Notes: a model not told the origin generated them from the letters alone. Shown: positions 9,901 to 18,038, counted from the whole stretch's first letter. The stretch is 63,574 nt of DNA, filler included, from Methanobacteriota archaeon (GCA_024860865.1; 6 parts of 6 records of this genome joined end to end with filler, not necessarily neighbours in it); one strand, 5' to 3'. Numbers and translations: made by a program.

Positions 9901-11972
9901 AAATAATCGAAGTTTTTGCTGAAGAGGTTGAAATTGGAGAATATGTACCAGCACCGCGAAAACTTCCACTTACTAGAAGTAAATTCACTTTGGACACTGT
10001 TGATCCATGGCATTTTAATCTAAAAAGGATCAAAATTCCGAATAAATTGTCACCTTCATTTGGAAGATTATTAGGTTATCAAATTTCGGAGGGGCATGCT
10101 TATTTTAATGAAAGTAATCGATATGCTGAACTTGGTGTCACGAATTCTGATGGAAAAGTAATTAATGAAATGACTGCCCTATTTTTAGAGAAATTTTCGT
10201 TGAATCCTTATACCCAAGTAAAGAACAATTGGGGGACCAGCGTATCCGTTCTTAGGTATCCCTCAAGAATTCTATATGCGTTTTATCAGAAAAACTTCCC
10301 TGAAATATTGAAAGGCGCTACTGCTAAGCGAATCCCAAAAAATATCTTTGGCACTAATATAAGGTGCAAAATCGAGTTTCTTAAAGCAGCATTTATTGGA
10401 GATGGTTTTGTCGATAGCGAAAGATTTGGGTACAGAACAGCTTCCAGAAAACTCGCTGAAGACATGCAAGACGTTTTTTGGCAAATTGGAATTGACTCGT
10501 ACATATCAAGAGATGATAATTATTTCAAAGTAGTTATAACTGGTACGCAAAGTATGTTAAAATTCGCTAATAAAATTGTTGAAGATTGGGATTGGAGATA
10601 TAAAAGAATTCAAAGATTGATAGCAAGAAGCAAGAAAGTTAACCGCTCACATGATGTATCACCGCCAGATGTAGTTATTGTTTTAAAAGATATGCTTAAA
10701 AAAATGCACATGGATGATGGTTACTTAAATGAACATATTAAACAGAATTATGGAATAACCCTCCCAACACTGCAAAAATACATTAAAAGGTTAGAAAATT
10801 CAGCAACAAAAGCAAAGAAGAAAATATCGACCTTAAATAACGCCAGAGAAATCAGAAAGATTTCAAAAATATCGCTCCTTGAAGTTGCAAAAGCAATGCA
10901 ACTCTCGACGAGCATGATTACTTACATTGAGCGAAATAAAGCTTCCAGATATAGAGAACTGCTAATAAAAGTCAAAGAGCTTGCAACAGAAAAATTAAAA
11001 GAACTAGAAAAGTCGATTTCAAGAATAAAATATGTATTTCTGAACTCTGATTTGCGTTGGGGTAAAATTGTAAAGAAAGAAATTATTCCTAATGCTGGTA
11101 ACTATAAAAATAATTTTGTCTATGACGTCACGGTAGAGCCAACAAATACATTTGTGAGTGAGGGATTAGTTCTTCATAATTCTGTTTCTATTGCAAAAGC
11201 AGGTATTGTGGCTACATTAAACGCTCGCACAGCGATTCTTGCAGCTGCAAATCCAAAGTACGGAAGGTTTGACAAATACAAATCAATGGCGGAGCAAATT
11301 AATTTAAGCCCGACGCTGCTTTCTAGGTTCGATCTCATTTTCTTTGTTGAAGATGATCTCTCAACAACTAGAGAGATGGCAAAACATATTTTAAATTCAG
11401 TCGTTGAGCCGGAAAAAATCTTACCTCCTATTGAACCTGAATTTTTAAGAAAATACATCGCATACTCTAGACAGCACATTGTCCCTCAATTATCAAAAGA
11501 AGCTAGAGATAAGATCGAAACTTTCTTCACTGTTCTAAGAGAGCAAGTCGCTGGAGATAGAAGTTCTCCTGTTCCAATGACTGCACGCCAACTATGGGCG
11601 ATCATTAGGTTGTCCAGATCAAGCGCTAGAGTTAGATTAAGCAATGAGGTTACTCTTGAAGATGTTGGGCGAGCTATTAGATTAGTCAATTTATCGCTCA
11701 AGCAAGCAGGAATCGATTTTGAAACAGGGAAACTTGACATAGACAAAATTGAAATTGGAATCACAATGTCACAGCGCGATAAAATTGTTACAATTCTAGC
11801 AATTATTGAAGCAGTTGAGGATCTCCATGAAGGGTTGGCTCCACTTGAAGAAGTTTTAGCAGAGACTGAAAAGAGAGGGATTGAGCGGCGAGTAGCTGAA
11901 GAATTGATTGAGATGTTAAGGAAGCGGGGTGATCTGATTTCACCTCGCCATGGTATTATAAAAAAAGCATGA
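6912..11972 (+). CDS. mcm: MCM replicative helicase precursor with two inteins (1686 aa; 678 aa spliced)
   Basis: Zn finger CKRC..CTNC, Walker A GEPATGK/S, IDEFEKM, AAANPKYGRF, SRFDL arginine finger, C-terminal wHTH; RBS GAGGT plus TTG start. Confidence 0.97.
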   Translation: MDITTDIPQRLGFETKVSKFEEFLQRYCNENVLNLGLYPEKKSLIINFADLDKFDSALADELIKYPDQTIQAAEAALKQIISRHCELSNEVNFHVRFKNLFEKTPVREIRSEHIGKLIEVEGVVRKSTDVRPKVVKAIFRCKRCGEEISILQFEKFRTPFECTNCQRTGQFDFLIEKSNFIDAQKIRIQEPLEGLRGGEQPKQIDIYLEEDLTGKVTPGDPVEIVGILKSQRKFGDNSTVFEIFLDCNYVETLEKEFEELEITPEDEKAIKALANDPEIYRKIRDSIAPHIYGHDEIKEAIMLQLFSSPAIHLPDKARIRGDPHVILIGEPATGKCLTKDMELILRDGQVIKIGEFIENVFKSNKSKIFETSDGRQYIKINNLISALSLYPDLKIKQSNISIVWRRKYSGKILNIFTRSGRQIKVTPEHPLFTIQEGKVVTVPTRAFEVGDYLATPRRISIVGKSQELNIKIRRGKTNAFHISIPNQTTPGLMRFLGYLIGEGSSLERVARFSNSDPILINDFIKISKKLFGIVPHHYIYSRSRREVQITSIEVKEFIKKLGREILENSNKKALPCFVFKCSDEEIGNLVKAIFDGEATVSKTGKQIEITLGSRSLIKQLQILLLRMGIISYFRPTFKYATNSKNKIKRKYFRLWITGRDNLIAFYKNVGFQSQEKRKRLQRAISKLDLKIIPQTNVDVIPKIGKLLRNLRKASKLTKHDLGLSNVAQFRAYELGKKNPSRQKLLNIVFDLSRSQQLSNGGSLNKGIQNLKKLAESDIYWDKIIKIKETLTDEYVYDLTIEGTPNFIANGIIVHNSEILQFVANNLAPRGIYTSGKGSTKAGLTAAAVRDEFAEGSWSLEAGALVLADRGSCAIDEFEKMSEDDRSAMHQAMEQQSYHPSVEILFTGGEKIKIGTFVEGLFEKYSKRKIIGYNCEILPIKELNIQLWSTDFNKTFPINVNRVSRHKAPPYFIRLRFSNGREIIVTPSHPIYVSRNSKIIEVFAEEVEIGEYVPAPRKLPLTRSKFTLDTVDPWHFNLKRIKIPNKLSPSFGRLLGYQISEGHAYFNESNRYAELGVTNSDGKVINEMTALFLEKFSLNPYTQVKNNWGTSVSVLRYPSRILYAFYQKNFPEILKGATAKRIPKNIFGTNIRCKIEFLKAAFIGDGFVDSERFGYRTASRKLAEDMQDVFWQIGIDSYISRDDNYFKVVITGTQSMLKFANKIVEDWDWRYKRIQRLIARSKKVNRSHDVSPPDVVIVLKDMLKKMHMDDGYLNEHIKQNYGITLPTLQKYIKRLENSATKAKKKISTLNNAREIRKISKISLLEVAKAMQLSTSMITYIERNKASRYRELLIKVKELATEKLKELEKSISRIKYVFLNSDLRWGKIVKKEIIPNAGNYKNNFVYDVTVEPTNTFVSEGLVLHNSVSIAKAGIVATLNARTAILAAANPKYGRFDKYKSMAEQINLSPTLLSRFDLIFFVEDDLSTTREMAKHILNSVVEPEKILPPIEPEFLRKYIAYSRQHIVPQLSKEARDKIETFFTVLREQVAGDRSSPVPMTARQLWAIIRLSRSSARVRLSNEVTLEDVGRAIRLVNLSLKQAGIDFETGKLDIDKIEIGITMSQRDKIVTILAIIEAVEDLHEGLAPLEEVLAETEKRGIERRVAEELIEMLRKRGDLISPRHGIIKKA
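7917..9356 (+). mobile_element. Intein 1 in MCM Walker A (480 aa) with LAGLIDADG endonuclease and Xre-like HTH
   Basis: GK|CLTKD... start, TPEHP block B, LGYLIGEG and KAIFDGEA blocks, ends VYDLTIE...IIVHN|S. Confidence 0.93.
9597..11180 (+). mobile_element. Intein 2 in MCM after MEQQ (528 aa) with LAGLIDADG endonuclease and Xre-like HTH
   Basis: MEQQ|SYHP start, TPSHP, LGYQISEG and KAAFIGDG blocks, ends VYDVTVE...LVLHN|SVSIAKAG. Confidence 0.93.
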
Positions 11973-11982
11973 AATAAAACTT

Positions 11983-12389
11983 TTATAACGACTTGAGGAT
12001 GCTCCTTGAATTGAAAGCGATTACTCCTTGCACTCTCTATATTTTTTTCTGGATGAAATCGCTGAGTTCGTCCAAATCTTCAAAAAACGCTCTAAATTCG
12101 ATGTTGTACTCCCGTCAACTAGGCTCACATCTTCAACTCCCTCAAGCTTTTTTAAGGAACCGACCACGCTGTCAAGCTTAGATGCTTCAATCCTCAGCGA
12201 AACTATTGTTGGTATGCTTTTCCCGAGCTTTTTGTAGTCTATGACTGGAACTACCTTTTTGATAATTCCAGCTCTTTCCATCTTCGAGAAGCGCAAGGAT
12301 ACAGTAGCAGTCGATAACCCCAACTTCTTTGCTATCCGTCTGAAAGACTGCCTGCCGTCCAACTTTAACTGCTCTATTATCTCTAAGTC
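11983..12389 (-). pseudogene. Lrp/AsnC family regulator with a frameshift and an internal stop; 5' end cut by the contig edge
   Basis: HTH DGRQSFRRIAKKLGLSTATV; after a 1-nt loss at GGG 12111-12113 the C-domain continues EYNIEFRAFFEDLDELSDFIQKKI*RVQGVIAFNSRSILKSL (TAG at 12037-12039). Confidence 0.75.
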
Positions 12390-12489
12390 NNNNNNNNNNN
12401 NNNNNNNNNNNNNNNNNNNNNNNNNNNNNNNNNTTAATTAATTAANNNNNNNNNNNNNNNNNNNNNNNNNNNNNNNNNNNNNNNNNNNN
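12390..12489. other. Artificial contig linker
   Basis: N run with central TTAATTAATTAA (stops in all six frames). Confidence 0.99.
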
Positions 12490-12971
12490 ACTTGTTCGAT
12501 TTTTTCCACAAAGTCCTCTGCTCTTACTTTATATTCTGGATACCCTGTATTCGGAGGTTCCACTAGTTGTAGGCCAGCCATTTCAGCAGCAATCGCGGTT
12601 GAATAATGGCATAAGGGATCTGCTACTATCACGTTTGTGTAGTCTTTTGATCCTTCAACTTTCAAGCTTTCAGCTATTGTTCTAACAACTGCGAATTGGG
12701 CTGCGCGGCATCCAAATGTATGTTCTGCGACATCTCCGCCAAAAAATTTTGCAACGTCTTGAAGGAAGTCTCTCACAGGTGGCTTTGCAATAAGACTTGA
12801 TCTTCCTTCGAGACAGTCGAAGCATGCTGTATAACCAACTTTAGTCCATTCTTCCTCCAAAAGCTTTTTTTGCACTTCTTGAGGCACAATTCCTCCAGTC
12901 ATAATTGGTTGGATTATCGTATGCGTACGATATTGATTGCGCATTAATTTGTATTTCTGTATTTCAAGCAT
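12490..12971 (-). CDS. pscS: Sep-tRNA:Cys-tRNA synthase (SepCysS), 3' partial
   Basis: QPIMTGG, GYTACFDCLEGR (CxxC), KPPVRDF..DVAKFFG.D, GCRAAQF, HYST.IAAE.AG, GYPEY.V. Confidence 0.85.
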
Positions 12972-12975
12972 AACA

Positions 12976-14004
12976 TTACACTTTGATTCCAATTTTTTGT
13001 AAATATCTCACCATATTGTTAACAACTTCTTTGATTGTGATTTCCATGCTCTTCCCGCTCTGGATATCAGCACCTAATTCATCAACGCTTGCCATTATAG
13101 ACAAGTCTAACCAGTAGCCACGTTGGCTGGCGCGATAAGGTCGTGATAAAATTTTTTCAAGCTTTTTTGTAGCTTCTTCAGCTTTTTCATCTGAGGGCAT
13201 TTTCACTGGCAAGTGAACAGTAATAAACTTAAGCTTACCCTGGAAGTCCTTGTTGAGATACACTCTAACATCTTGATTACTAATTCTCCCAAAGAAGTAA
13301 TCAGTGCTTTTTGAGAGACCTATTTTTTCAAACTCATTTATTACTCCAATCGGTATATCGCTTACGCGACAGCCACATAGAGCACCGCCAGTTTTCACAA
13401 GTCTCTCTATACTTTCTGCCAACTGAATATAGATTTCAGGCGGCGCTCCAAAGATAACCTCATTATCTCGATAATCCGAAAACACAACTCTAGCGCCATT
13501 GCACAAGAATGATAAATTTGGTTTACCTTCCATGTAAGGTTTTGCGGTAAATTCACCACAAGCCGCTTCGCCTCTAAATCCAACAGACAAAAGCTCCTCT
13601 TTTCCAGCCTGCAGAAGGGTAGTTATATCCATCATTTGTCTAGGAGTGAGTATAGCTAAAATAACATCTGGTTCCTCAGTAATCTGGTCTATTGAAGCAA
13701 CCAAGACTTTCTTCGTATCTGCAGGTTTCACTCTTGGTTCGATATCTACATACACTGGCGCTGTAAAGCCGAGACAAAGTTCAGCAGTTGGGCATGTTTG
13801 ATCCTCTTTATTAAATAGTAGAGCTTTACCCTGCGAAGCAATTCTAACTATTTGGCAATATGCTGCTGGCTTTTCAGGTTTAAACTGGGGCTCTCCTTGA
13901 GAGCCGTCTTTCATAATTTTTATACCAACCAAATGGTATCTTAACCCAAGATACGCTCTGACAGTTTCGTCGATTTTGCCCCAATTTATTTGCTTCTTAG
14001 CCAC
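12976..14004 (-). CDS. DUF169 domain protein with an extra C-terminal domain
   Basis: LGLRYHLVGIK, YCQ.V..A..G, TCP.A...LGF, AACGE, SFLCNGAR; about 130 extra C-terminal residues. Confidence 0.75.
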   Translation of the reverse strand: MAKKQINWGKIDETVRAYLGLRYHLVGIKIMKDGSQGEPQFKPEKPAAYCQIVRIASQGKALLFNKEDQTCPTAELCLGFTAPVYVDIEPRVKPADTKKVLVASIDQITEEPDVILAILTPRQMMDITTLLQAGKEELLSVGFRGEAACGEFTAKPYMEGKPNLSFLCNGARVVFSDYRDNEVIFGAPPEIYIQLAESIERLVKTGGALCGCRVSDIPIGVINEFEKIGLSKSTDYFFGRISNQDVRVYLNKDFQGKLKFITVHLPVKMPSDEKAEEATKKLEKILSRPYRASQRGYWLDLSIMASVDELGADIQSGKSMEITIKEVVNNMVRYLQKIGIKV

Positions 14005-14198
14005 TCTTTTACCTCGTATAGAATTTTTTGCTTATAAAGTTTATAAAATAAACTCTTTATCAAACTACCTTACATTAAACTGCACGAATCTATTTAATTG
14101 CTACCGAAATAGAAATACGAAATACCCAAACTATTAAAAATATGGTACTTGAAAGGAAAATAAAGTAACTAGAGCGGCCGTAGTCTAGCCTGGTTAGG

Positions 14199-14221
14199 AG
14201 AGCTTTTTGCAACTCTAACAA
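14199..14221 (+). other. tRNA intron 1 (23 nt, D-stem, about position 23/24)
   Basis: BHB: central helix GTTA/TAAC, bulges GG^A and AA^A, intron stem GAG/CTC; removal restores GGAC of the D stem. Confidence 0.85.
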
Positions 14222-14235
14222 ACTTTGGCCTTCCA

Positions 14236-14257
14236 AGAGAAATATTTACTCGCAGAA
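14236..14257 (+). other. tRNA intron 2 (22 nt, canonical 37/38)
   Basis: Relaxed BHB: CTTC/GCAG (one mismatch), bulges CA^A and AA^A, stem GAG/CTC. Confidence 0.88.
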
Positions 14258-14298
14258 AGCCAATAACCCGGGTTCAAATCCCGGCGGCCGCACCATAA

Positions 14299-14544
14299 TT
14301 TAATTCAAACTTAGCGGGACCACTTTCAGTTCAACGCGTTGCCCGAAGGGTTTATGGTTACAGCTCACACAAGCGCGTTGGCAGGCGTGTCAGAAAATGC
14401 CACTATTCAGGCCTGATAGATCGGAGGGACTGCTTCGTTCTCGGTAAAGGAGTCGTTGCCCTTCCTGCTGAAACAGCAAAGGGCTTCATCGAGTTTCTAA
14501 AAAACAATCATGTAAAGGTTGTCCAGCACGAGGTTTATATGTAA
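14299..14544 (+). pseudogene. Start-less gene fragment, same family as the N-terminal domain of 6111-6662
   Basis: Reads RRVYGYSSHKR...HYSGLIDRRDCFVLGKGVVALPAETAKGFIEFLKNNHVKVVQHEVYM*; no start codon after the TAA at 14296-14298. Confidence 0.6.
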
Positions 14545-14742
14545 CTAGCTATGACCACTTCCTACGAAGTTAAGAAAGTAAGGAGGTCTACATGTTTCCA
14601 AGCATTTTTAGTCTTGTAACGCTTACTTGCTCTACGTAGGTATTCTGATGACTTCAATCTCCCGACATTTAAGATATTTTTGAGTTGCTTGTCAAAATTA
14701 AACCAGCGGCTACACCATCATTATTTTCAGGTGATTTAATTT

Positions 14743-15864
14743 TTGCAGGATAGCTTGAAAAAAGATATCGAAGAACTTATTGAAATCTTAGAGAAACGTA
14801 AGGCGAGACCTAATGTTGTTATTATGCCAGACTTTTTTCTAGATCATTTTATTTCTTTTAAAGGGAACCCGCCATCTTTTTTGGAAAAAATTTCAAACAT
14901 TGTAGGGCAAGGCGGTGGAAATATCCCTTTTGTCAGCCAGTCTATTTTTAGAGGTGGAAATGCAGCTAACACAGCATCGGCTCTTGCTTCATTAGGTGCA
15001 AACGCGCATTTGATTGCCAGAACAAATCCAACAGGGCTCATTTTACTTAAACATCTTCTTAAAACCAAAGGCATGGATTTATCCCATGTTAAAGTGAACG
15101 GTAGGATTGCATTAACTACAGCGATTGAGCTAAGATACAAAGGAAAGCTAGTGAACTTAATGATAAATGACCCGGGTTCAGTTAAGGATTTTAGTTTCAA
15201 AATCTTAACTAAAGCTGACCTAGATTTAATTAAAAGTTCTAATTTTGTATGTGTTTTTAATTGGAATCAAAATTTGAGAGGGACAGAGCTTATTAAAAAG
15301 GTTTTCAGCTTTGTTAAGAAAAAAGGGAAAGGAAAAACTTTCCTCGATACCGGAGACCCTTCTTTTAAAAGGAATGAAATTCAAACTTTAATAAAAGAAG
15401 TTTTGTCTAAAGGTTTAGTTGATATTTTTAGTATAAATGAAAATGAAGCAATTTGGTTTGCTTCCTATTTTAACACAAGCATTCACAGGAAAAGTAAAGT
15501 AGTGAAACCTGACAAATTGGCTTTTAAATGCGCAGATCTTCTCCATGAAAGACTGGGTTCGAGGATAGACTTGCATACGATTAAATATTCTGCTACTTTC
15601 ACCAATGGTGAAAAATATATTGCTCCAATTTTTAAGGTACGAGCTTTAAGAACAACTGGTGCCGGTGATGCTTGGAAAGCTGCAGATATTTATGGAGAAG
15701 CTTTAGGACTAAGGCCTGAGCAAAGATTATTGTTAGCTAATGCAGCAACAGCCTATTATGTTTCAAGTATTAATGATGATCATGCCACAACCGAAAATGT
15801 AATTCAAATGTTAAAAATGAAATTAAAAGATTTCGATGAACTGTCACATGTGAAAGAAAAGTAG
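14743..15864 (+). CDS. PfkB/ribokinase family carbohydrate kinase
   Basis: RGGNAANTASALASLG, FLDTGDP, SINENEA, TTGAGDAW. Confidence 0.9.
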   Translation: MQDSLKKDIEELIEILEKRKARPNVVIMPDFFLDHFISFKGNPPSFLEKISNIVGQGGGNIPFVSQSIFRGGNAANTASALASLGANAHLIARTNPTGLILLKHLLKTKGMDLSHVKVNGRIALTTAIELRYKGKLVNLMINDPGSVKDFSFKILTKADLDLIKSSNFVCVFNWNQNLRGTELIKKVFSFVKKKGKGKTFLDTGDPSFKRNEIQTLIKEVLSKGLVDIFSINENEAIWFASYFNTSIHRKSKVVKPDKLAFKCADLLHERLGSRIDLHTIKYSATFTNGEKYIAPIFKVRALRTTGAGDAWKAADIYGEALGLRPEQRLLLANAATAYYVSSINDDHATTENVIQMLKMKLKDFDELSHVKEK

Positions 15865-15984
15865 TTTTCTTAGAATTCTTTGGTTTGTATTGGTTAAAGT
15901 TTCAGCTTTATAACTAAGTCGCCATGTAATCTGAAAACAAAAGCTTAAAATAGAAGAAGAAATTTGAAAGAAAATGGAAAAAAG

Positions 15985-16245
15985 ATGGAAAATAAAAAAT
16001 TACCAGAGAGAATTTATAAATTAGATGAAGATTTGAGCGATTATATATGCAAAGTTACTTATAAAAAAGATCAAGGTTCTATTCTTTGTAAATCAACATT
16101 AGTTGAAGGAATTGTAGAAAGTTATATTGGAACCCCTCCACTTGTTAAAGTAATTGAGAATATTATACGAGAAAGAGGGGGAAAAGTAGAGGTTTTTAAT
16201 AAAGAAACAAGAAGTTTAAATCCGAGAAAGAAAAAAACCGACTAA
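15985..16245 (+). CDS. Hypothetical protein
   Basis: 86-aa ORF of plausible composition; no motif recognised. Confidence 0.45.
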   Translation: MENKKLPERIYKLDEDLSDYICKVTYKKDQGSILCKSTLVEGIVESYIGTPPLVKVIENIIRERGGKVEVFNKETRSLNPRKKKTD

Positions 16246-16416
16246 ATTACAAATTTGATGAAGTTCCAACCTATTTACCGAAAAATTGGAGAGGCCCAAT
16301 ACCCGGGCCAGCTCCCGCTCACTCATCTCAACCTCGCGTTGGCTGAAGAGATAGGAGAGCAACTTTAACTTGGCATTGGAATCTAACATGCCATGCGCCG
16401 ATACATGAAACCGCAT
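16216..16416 (-). pseudogene. Truncated winged-HTH fragment (N-terminus of an HTH-nucleotidyltransferase-like protein)
   Basis: SNAKLKLLSYLF...MSERELARVLGLSNFSVNR, then similarity is lost. Confidence 0.55.
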
Positions 16417-16507
16417 GTTTTCACATGTTATTTTTTAATAACAGTATTTTATAAATATAACGGACGTTATTTAAACCTAACAATTAAACTTACCGCAACT
16501 TGTAACG

Positions 16508-16535
16508 CGGGTTCAAATCCCGGCGGCCGCACCAT
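16508..16535 (+). repeat. 28-nt exact copy of the tRNA-Gly 3' end (att-like)
   Basis: CGGGTTCAAATCCCGGCGGCCGCACCAT identical to 14269-14296. Confidence 0.92.
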
Positions 16536-16563
16536 TAGCTGATTTAGGTTCAATATATTATGA

Positions 16564-16934
16564 AATGTATTATTCAAGGAGATAGAAAATTTTGAACCAT
16601 TCATTTCCGAGATTACGGCTGCCGAAATTGAACGTACCCCTGATATGGAATTCCAAAGTAAAATGAAAGAAGTGGTATCGCAATTTTCAGTGCTCTTCCT
16701 AACTGATGACGTTGAATGGTTAGCAAACGAGTATATCCGCCATGGTGCAGTTCCAGAAGGTTACCCTGAAGATGCTTACCATATTGCTATCGCTGTTATA
16801 AACGAAGTAGACTATCTTTTGAGTTGGAACTTCAAGCACATTGTAAGGAGGAAAACGAGAGACATAGTGAAGATGGTAAATACTTTAAATAGATTCAGAC
16901 AAATAGAAATTTGACACCAGCAGAACTATTATAG
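16564..16934 (+). pseudogene. PIN-domain toxin, N-terminally truncated, frameshifted near the end
   Basis: FISEIT..EI, DAYHIAIAV...DYLLSWNFKHIV; terminal TPAELL lies out of frame; first PIN strand (xDT) missing. Confidence 0.75.
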
Positions 16935-16943
16935 GAGGTAAAC

Positions 16944-17147
16944 ATGAGCAAAATCACGGAAAAAAAGATGGAAGAGATAAGAAAAATGGTGGAAGAGGAA
17001 TTTCCTGATGATCCAGCTTTACAGCAAGTTCATATTGCAAGGAAAATCATTGCTAAGGAAGCGGAGCGTGAAGGATTAAGTTTTCTTGAATACATCAAAT
17101 TGTTGGGGAAGCAAGTTAAGGATGTCTCTCAAAGGCACGGCGTATAA
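16944..17147 (+). CDS. Small putative antitoxin partner of the PIN gene
   Basis: RBS GGAGG; EEEFPDDPALQQVHIARKII; stop codon overlaps the attC-like site. Confidence 0.65.
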   Translation: MSKITEKKMEEIRKMVEEEFPDDPALQQVHIARKIIAKEAEREGLSFLEYIKLLGKQVKDVSQRHGV

Positions 17148-17231
17148 CAGAGCGTATCCGTCTCCGTGCCTTGATACTTCGCCCAAATCCCGCCCATCTG
17201 CTGGACTTCAGATACGCTCGGGACGTTATAC
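17142..17231 (+). mobile_element. Integron attC-like recombination site (90 bp)
   Basis: Terminal GTATAAC/GTTATAC perfect complements, inner GAGCGTATC/GATACGCTC, asymmetric spacers (A vs GGGAC), upstream gene's TAA inside TAAC. Confidence 0.7.
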
Positions 17232-17315
17232 CAACAATAAGTTAACAGAACCATTTTTTCTTAGAATCCTCTTGGTGCTAAGCCTCAGAGAAATCCTGTT
17301 ATTCGCACAATATCG

Positions 17316-18038
17316 GTGATTGTTTTGCTCACTTTAATTTTGGCCGATTCTGAACTCGAGCTCGTTCCAAAAGAGCTTCGAGATAATCCAATCATTGTAG
17401 AATACTCACGCAGAAAAAAGAAAGACCCTTCAAAAATTTTGCTCGATTCTAACTTACATTATCAAGCGATGAAGGAGCTGAAAGATAGTAAAAGAAGAGG
17501 GCGGCCAGACATAATTCATATAACATTATTGAATGCCCTTGATTCTCCACTTAATCGATCTGGCTTGTTAAATGTTTATGTTCATACTAGAAATAATGAA
17601 ATCATTTCAATTAACCAAAGCACAAGACTTCCTCGAAATTATAATCGATTTGTTGGGCTGATTGAGCAACTTTTTGAGAAAGAGAAAGTTCCATCGGAAA
17701 ATCCACTCCTTGTTAAGCAAAACAAAACTATTGAAGAATTGTTGGCTGAATTGAATCCTGACTATGTAATTGTCTTTTCCGAAGATGGTGAGAAAATTTC
17801 TTCTCAAAAATTAATGCAAGAAGCAGCAAAATGCGATAAAGTTGTGGCTATAATTGGTGGATTTCCGCACGGAGATTTTCTCAGTGGTATTAAAAAAATT
17901 GCAGATAAAGTTGTTTGTATAGATCCGTCTCCACTAAATGCTTGGACTGTTGTTAATAGAATAATATTTTCATATGAAAATGCAATTGATTTAGCTGAAA
18001 GGAGGTTTGAAATTGCGCGCGCGAGCTCCAAAACCTAA
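17316..18038 (+). CDS. nep1: 16S rRNA pseudouridine N1-methyltransferase Nep1/Emg1
   Basis: ADSELELVP, LLDSNLHYQAM, RRGRPDIIH, RLPRNYNRFVGL.EQL, IGGFPHGDF. Confidence 0.95.
   Translation: MIVLLTLILADSELELVPKELRDNPIIVEYSRRKKKDPSKILLDSNLHYQAMKELKDSKRRGRPDIIHITLLNALDSPLNRSGLLNVYVHTRNNEIISINQSTRLPRNYNRFVGLIEQLFEKEKVPSENPLLVKQNKTIEELLAELNPDYVIVFSEDGEKISSQKLMQEAAKCDKVVAIIGGFPHGDFLSGIKKIADKVVCIDPSPLNAWTVVNRIIFSYENAIDLAERRFEIARASSKT

Larger units (their letters stand above)
14174..14295 (+). tRNA. tRNA-Gly(TCC) with two introns, CCA encoded
   Basis: Acceptor GCGGCCG/CGGCCGC, D arm GTCT/GGAC after splicing, anticodon stem TTGGC/GCCAA with TCC at 14232-14234, T arm CCGGG-TTCAAAT-CCCGG. Confidence 0.93.

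Noticed and set aside
12037-12039. In-frame TAG in the AsnC gene as pyrrolysine
   Set aside because: The same gene also has a frameshift, many genes here end in TAG, and no pyl genes are visible; decay is simpler
12390-12489. TTAATTAATTAA inside N runs, five times
   Set aside because: Identical 100-nt artificial linkers; not biological, and adjacency across them carries no meaning
16457-16470. ATAAC-GGAC-GTTAT, resembling a collapsed attC end
   Set aside because: Only 14 bp in an AT-rich promoter region; could be an operator or chance
16501-16535. Second tRNA gene or split-tRNA half
   Set aside because: Only the T-arm and acceptor 3' strand; no anticodon arm and no complementary leader for trans-splicing seen
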